A stretch of DNA of 10,491 nucleotides from a virus (taxonomy: Duplodnaviria; Heunggongvirae; Uroviricota; Caudoviricetes). The notes below the pieces were generated by a model. It saw only the letters and a program-made list of their open reading frames with translations. It made no database searches and was not told the DNA's origin. The position numbers and the translations under genes are program-made. The stretch lies in IMG/VR virus record IMGVR_UViG_3300025131_000004, one strand, 5' to 3'. Positions within the stretch are counted from its first letter, which is position 1, and each line of letters opens with the position of its first letter. This document shows, one piece after another, positions 7,575-10,491 of the stretch.

Positions 7575-8240
7575 TTATGCACCTACGATTTGATCGACCA
7601 TTCCCTTCTTACCGTACTCCAAACAATCCTCTGGACTCATCCAATAGTCATGCTTCAAGTCTGATCGAACCTTGGACTTACGTTGTCCACAAGTCTTTGC
7701 GATTCGATTTACTGCCTGTTCATGAAGCATCTCTGTCCACCTCATGTCATCTTTCAACTCTTGGTATGTACCCCAAGCTATAGATGATAATTGATGAATC
7801 ATCATATAAGAGCTGGGTGTGATAACCCTGCCCCCTGGAGCACCACTCATAGCAATGAGAGCACCCATGCTTGCAGCATAGCCTTCTACATATGTGATGA
7901 CTGGTGAACTGATGGCGTTCATGCAATCAATGATTGCATTCCCATCGATGATGCTACCTCCAGGAGAATTGATGTACATGATAATAGGGGGATTCATATC
8001 CCACCTATTATATTCAGCATCATATTCTCTTAGGGCTCTAATGATCTTGGAAGATACCGTCGTTCCAATTGGCTTGTCCAGATAGATTTCTCTTCGCTCA
8101 TCAACAATGATGATCTCGTTTTGATCTCCACCCAAGCTACTCTTTGTTCCCTTCTTCTCAGAAGGAGTTGAGGAATTAGTAGGCGGTCGTCTGTTCAGTA
8201 ACCTGTTCAAATCGAACGGGTGAGTTGCGGAGTGACTCAA
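7575..8240 (-). CDS. clpP: ClpP-family serine protease subunit
   Basis: YINSPGGS, AASMG (catalytic Ser), MIHQ (His), HDYWMS (Asp region). TTG start with GGGAG RBS; the exact start is uncertain. Confidence 0.92.
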   Translation of the reverse strand: MSHSATHPFDLNRLLNRRPPTNSSTPSEKKGTKSSLGGDQNEIIIVDERREIYLDKPIGTTVSSKIIRALREYDAEYNRWDMNPPIIMYINSPGGSIIDGNAIIDCMNAISSPVITYVEGYAASMGALIAMSGAPGGRVITPSSYMMIHQLSSIAWGTYQELKDDMRWTEMLHEQAVNRIAKTCGQRKSKVRSDLKHDYWMSPEDCLEYGKKGMVDQIVGA

Positions 8241-8475
8241 GTGTATCTCCCTGCTTTACGGATCTGCGATTGACTCCGGAAAGAACTAGATGCTTGTGAC
8301 CATTACTGGCACGTGTGATGATGTCTACGATGAGACCTCGACAAACGATAGTGTCTTCACGATAGACCAATACGCCGTCGTTGATCTGGAAGTCTGCAAA
8401 GTCCGCTGGGGCTGTGAGTGTGAACTCATTGCTGGTGGGATCTACAAAGAACCCATCTACTGTAATTCTATTCAT
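8176..8475 (-). CDS. Hypothetical protein (99 aa, beta-rich)
   Basis: TAATG-coupled to the upstream ORF. Overlaps the clpP start by 65 nt. Confidence 0.65.
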   Translation of the reverse strand: MNRITVDGFFVDPTSNEFTLTAPADFADFQINDGVLVYREDTIVCRGLIVDIITRASNGHKHLVLSGVNRRSVKQGDTLESLRNSPVRFEQVTEQTTAY

Positions 8476-8747
8476 TAGAATATTTCTCCTTCTTCGTCTT
8501 CAGTTACAGAGATGACAATGATGTCTCCCCTCAATCTGAAGTGATGTGCCTTGACCTCACGGTCAGGATCTGGGTTAAGGTGTCTTACATAGGCCCGAAG
8601 CAAGTCGGTGACCTTGGCCACCTCTTCTTCTGTTACCTCGAATACATCCTTAAATTCTTCTTGAGCAAACTGTAGAAGTTCTCGTTCCCACTTTGGATTA
8701 CGATCACCTTCCCAGTACTCTCTAGGTGAGTATAATTTTCTCGCCAT
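8475..8747 (-). CDS. Hypothetical acidic protein (90 aa)
   Basis: Start reassigned to ATG 8747 with an AAGAGGT RBS 6 nt upstream. The longer 8792 start would run into the structured RNA. Confidence 0.7.
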   Translation of the reverse strand: MARKLYSPREYWEGDRNPKWERELLQFAQEEFKDVFEVTEEEVAKVTDLLRAYVRHLNPDPDREVKAHHFRLRGDIIVISVTEDEEGEIF

Positions 8748-8780
8748 GTTATGACCTCTTAAGAGGATTAGATCTGATAG

Positions 8781-9032
8781 AGGATAGGACACTGCCTACC
8801 CTATAACAGTCGAGATGTGTTCACGCTGAGGAGCTCAGCAGTCACTGCAGTGATGTCCCAGTTCGAGTCGACGAATCTGTTCGGCGACCTCGAGGACATG
8901 TCCTGGTCATCTCATGAAGAGCTATAGTCGTGGCCTTCTCGGTTCCGCGAACTGCTGTGCAGTGATTACGCGAGACCGAGAGGCCGTAGACTATAGCTCT
9001 TCCTGTTAAGCTCCTGTTTTCACAGTACACTT
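8781..9032 (-). ncRNA. Structured RNA unit 3 of putative array
   Basis: GUA/GA motif hairpin with GAAA loop (9032-9008). 87-nt stem capped by C-ACA-G (9002-8916) whose base is a 14-bp perfect helix. Nested 3' domain closed by GAGATG/CATCTC. Terminal C-AGT-G hairpin (8802-8781). Confidence 0.7.
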
Positions 9033-9512
9033 TATGGTGAGCTAAGCTTGGGCACTGCCCAACCATAGCTCACTTTATTTAGATATTTTATCTAAATAAT
9101 AACTAAAGTGGACTGTTGTTTAAATTAAGAGTGAGCTGACTCAGCTGTGCTGACAAAACGCGAACGGGATTTAAACATATGTCTACTTTAGTGACACTAG
9201 TCTCCTTCTTTTGGAAGTACGACTATTGGGACCCAGGCCTGGACACCGCCAAGTCTAGGGCCATCTTCGAGCGCGCCGGAGCGCTCTTCGTCCGGCATGC
9301 GCAGCTGGCCAAAACTCCAGATCTATATCTGGCGCCGTCGGGCTGCTCGTTTCCCGGATCCGCCACCTGGTGGCGGACTTCACGTCCGGGAAGATCTTCG
9401 AAGAGCGAGACCCGACTTTGTCCTGAATGAGAGGCAGGTGACTGTGTCACCGACCGCTGAACATTCTGGATCTTAGTCGGGTCTCTACCTCTACCTCCTG
9501 TTTACACAGTAC
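9011..9512. repeat. 17/18-nt direct repeat CTCCTGTTT(A/T)CACAGTAC at 9011-9028 and 9495-9512
   Basis: Read directly. The single difference falls in the loop and switches one GNRA tetraloop for another (GTAA vs GAAA on the minus strand). Confidence 0.9.
9037..9225 (-). ncRNA. Structured RNA unit 2 of putative array
   Basis: GUA/GA motif hairpin (9225-9198). 91-nt stem capped by C-ACA-G (9192-9102). AT-rich hairpin (9099-9075). C-AGT-G hairpin (9073-9037). Confidence 0.65.
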
Positions 9513-9518
9513 GGTAGA
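9226..9518 (-). ncRNA. Structured RNA unit 1 of putative array
   Basis: GUA/GA motif hairpin with GTAA loop (9518-9490). 79-nt stem with an 11-bp base, capped by C-ACA-G (9485-9407). Several GC-rich 3' helices follow. Confidence 0.65.
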
Positions 9519-9519
9519 T

Positions 9520-9562
9520 AAAAGAAAGGCCCCGCCCCCTGTGTGCACCGGGGACGAGGCCT
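9520..9562 (-). terminator. Intrinsic-terminator-like hairpin after TROVE gene
   Basis: AGGCCTCGTCCCC / GGGGCGGGGCCT long GC-rich stem with G-U pairs on the minus strand, followed by TTCTTTT. Confidence 0.65.
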
Positions 9563-9592
9563 GACACCATGGCTATTAAGCCTAGGTTTTCT

Positions 9593-10491
9593 TTAGAAGT
9601 TCTTTCGAATGTATTCGATAGTAGGGGTCACCTTCTTATCTCCTACGCTCTCCAGTCCTTCAAACTGTGCGAAAGTATTGAAGATCTTCTCAGACCATCC
9701 AGATACCAGATTCACATTCTTGTCTTCGGACGGAACCTGAGATCCACTTCCGTAAGGCATGAGGTCGACTGAATGAATCTTGACCTCTCTATTATATTTT
9801 CTACGATAGCTGTCTATTGCACTGTATAGGGCTGGCGCATCTGCTCCATATCCCATACTTCCATAGCACTGCATGTCGGAAAGGATGACAATCCTATCGA
9901 CCCTTAGCTTAGAAGCACTAAGCAACTCGACTGCCTTATGAGCATAGGTTGCATGACCACACTTCCTTGCTGCAGTCTGAATCTTACCCATCGTAGCAAT
10001 GACAGAGTCATTCTTGTTCAGGACTGCCATCGCTGCTGACTGTCCGAATGGAATGACTACTCCATTCTCAGATGCCTTGAAACAGATAGCTCCCATCAAC
10101 TGAGAGACCTGCGCTGCATTGAGTGAAGACCTCTGAGAGACCGTCGCTCCATACATGGACCCAGAGACATCGACCAGCACTGCAGTGTTACCTGACAGTT
10201 CTACGATGTTCTCTACGGACATATCCAAAGCACGTTCAACGGCTGCTTGTAGATTCTGTACTGAGAAATGATTGACAGCCGTTGCTCGAGGAGCAGCGTA
10301 ATCATATCCACTATAGAAATTACTTGCTGCTGAGAACTTCTTTGTCTCTGCCCCTGCCTCTTCCAATGCGATTCCTGCTGTGAAGAATCTAAATGGAAGC
10401 TGACGAGACCTTGCGACCTGCTCAGGGTCGGTAAGCTTTGCAACTACAGTAGCTATCGTAGTTTGAGAGACATTGGCCTGAACCAAGTTCC
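9593..10491 (-). CDS. TROVE-domain + vWA protein (Ro60/Rsr/TEP1-like), 5' part outside window
   Basis: RQLPFRF block, vWA MIDAS motif VLVDVSGSM, RIVILSDMQ, and SVDLMPYG. The frame is open to the window edge. Confidence 0.88.
   Translation of the reverse strand, partial: NLVQANVSQTTIATVVAKLTDPEQVARSRQLPFRFFTAGIALEEAGAETKKFSAASNFYSGYDYAAPRATAVNHFSVQNLQAAVERALDMSVENIVELSGNTAVLVDVSGSMYGATVSQRSSLNAAQVSQLMGAICFKASENGVVIPFGQSAAMAVLNKNDSVIATMGKIQTAARKCGHATYAHKAVELLSASKLRVDRIVILSDMQCYGSMGYGADAPALYSAIDSYRRKYNREVKIHSVDLMPYGSGSQVPSEDKNVNLVSGWSEKIFNTFAQFEGLESVGDKKVTPTIEYIRKNF

Noticed and set aside
233-8478. Plus-strand and out-of-frame ORFs in the track (e.g. 2910..3425, 2172..2600, 7136..7504, 7177..7560)
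   Set aside because: They are shadows of well-supported minus-strand genes and have no recognisable motifs.
8859-8870. Plus-strand GTTCGAGTC T-loop-like sequence (tRNA or YrlA?)
   Set aside because: The flanks do not form a T-stem, and the GNRA/G-U evidence favours the minus strand.
8842-9450. ORFs 8842..9066(-), 9179..9430(+) and 9223..9450(-)
   Set aside because: They have no convincing RBS or protein motifs, and they arise from GC-rich palindromic sequence better explained as structured RNA.
8781-9518. CRISPR array
   Set aside because: There are no regularly spaced identical 23-47-nt repeats. Only one 18-nt near-repeat pair exists, and no cas genes are present.
8781-9518. Known ribozyme, group II intron or RNase P RNA
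   Set aside because: I found no CUGAUGA/GAAA hammerhead core, no domain V signature and no RNase P GAGGAAAGUCC/P4 motif by eye. An Rfam search is still needed.

Overview
All credible genes lie on the minus strand and are tightly packed (TAATG overlaps, AGGAG-type RBSs), which suggests a large-phage or MGE locus (inference). In transcription order (high to low coordinate): (1) the C-terminal part of a TROVE/vWA (Ro60-like) RNA-binding protein; (2) a ~740-nt non-coding region that folds into three sequence-divergent but structurally equivalent units; (3) two small hypothetical genes; (4) ClpP; (5) a CCA-adding-type nucleotidyltransferase with an HD domain and Cys-rich inserts; (6) a PRTRC-type ubiquitin-like cassette (Ubl ending GNKG, E2 family D, JAB, ThiF/E1) with orphan genes; (7) a ~350-nt structured intergenic region containing a tRNA/tmRNA-like RNA; (8) an HNH endonuclease; (9) a 31-codon ORF, missing from the supplied ORF track, that runs off the window and resembles the N-terminus of a retron-type reverse transcriptase. 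The best candidates for new biology are the structured RNA array behind TROVE and the ncRNA-HNH-RT module. The two non-coding regions share a C-ACA-G triloop hairpin. All folds were made by eye and none were computed.
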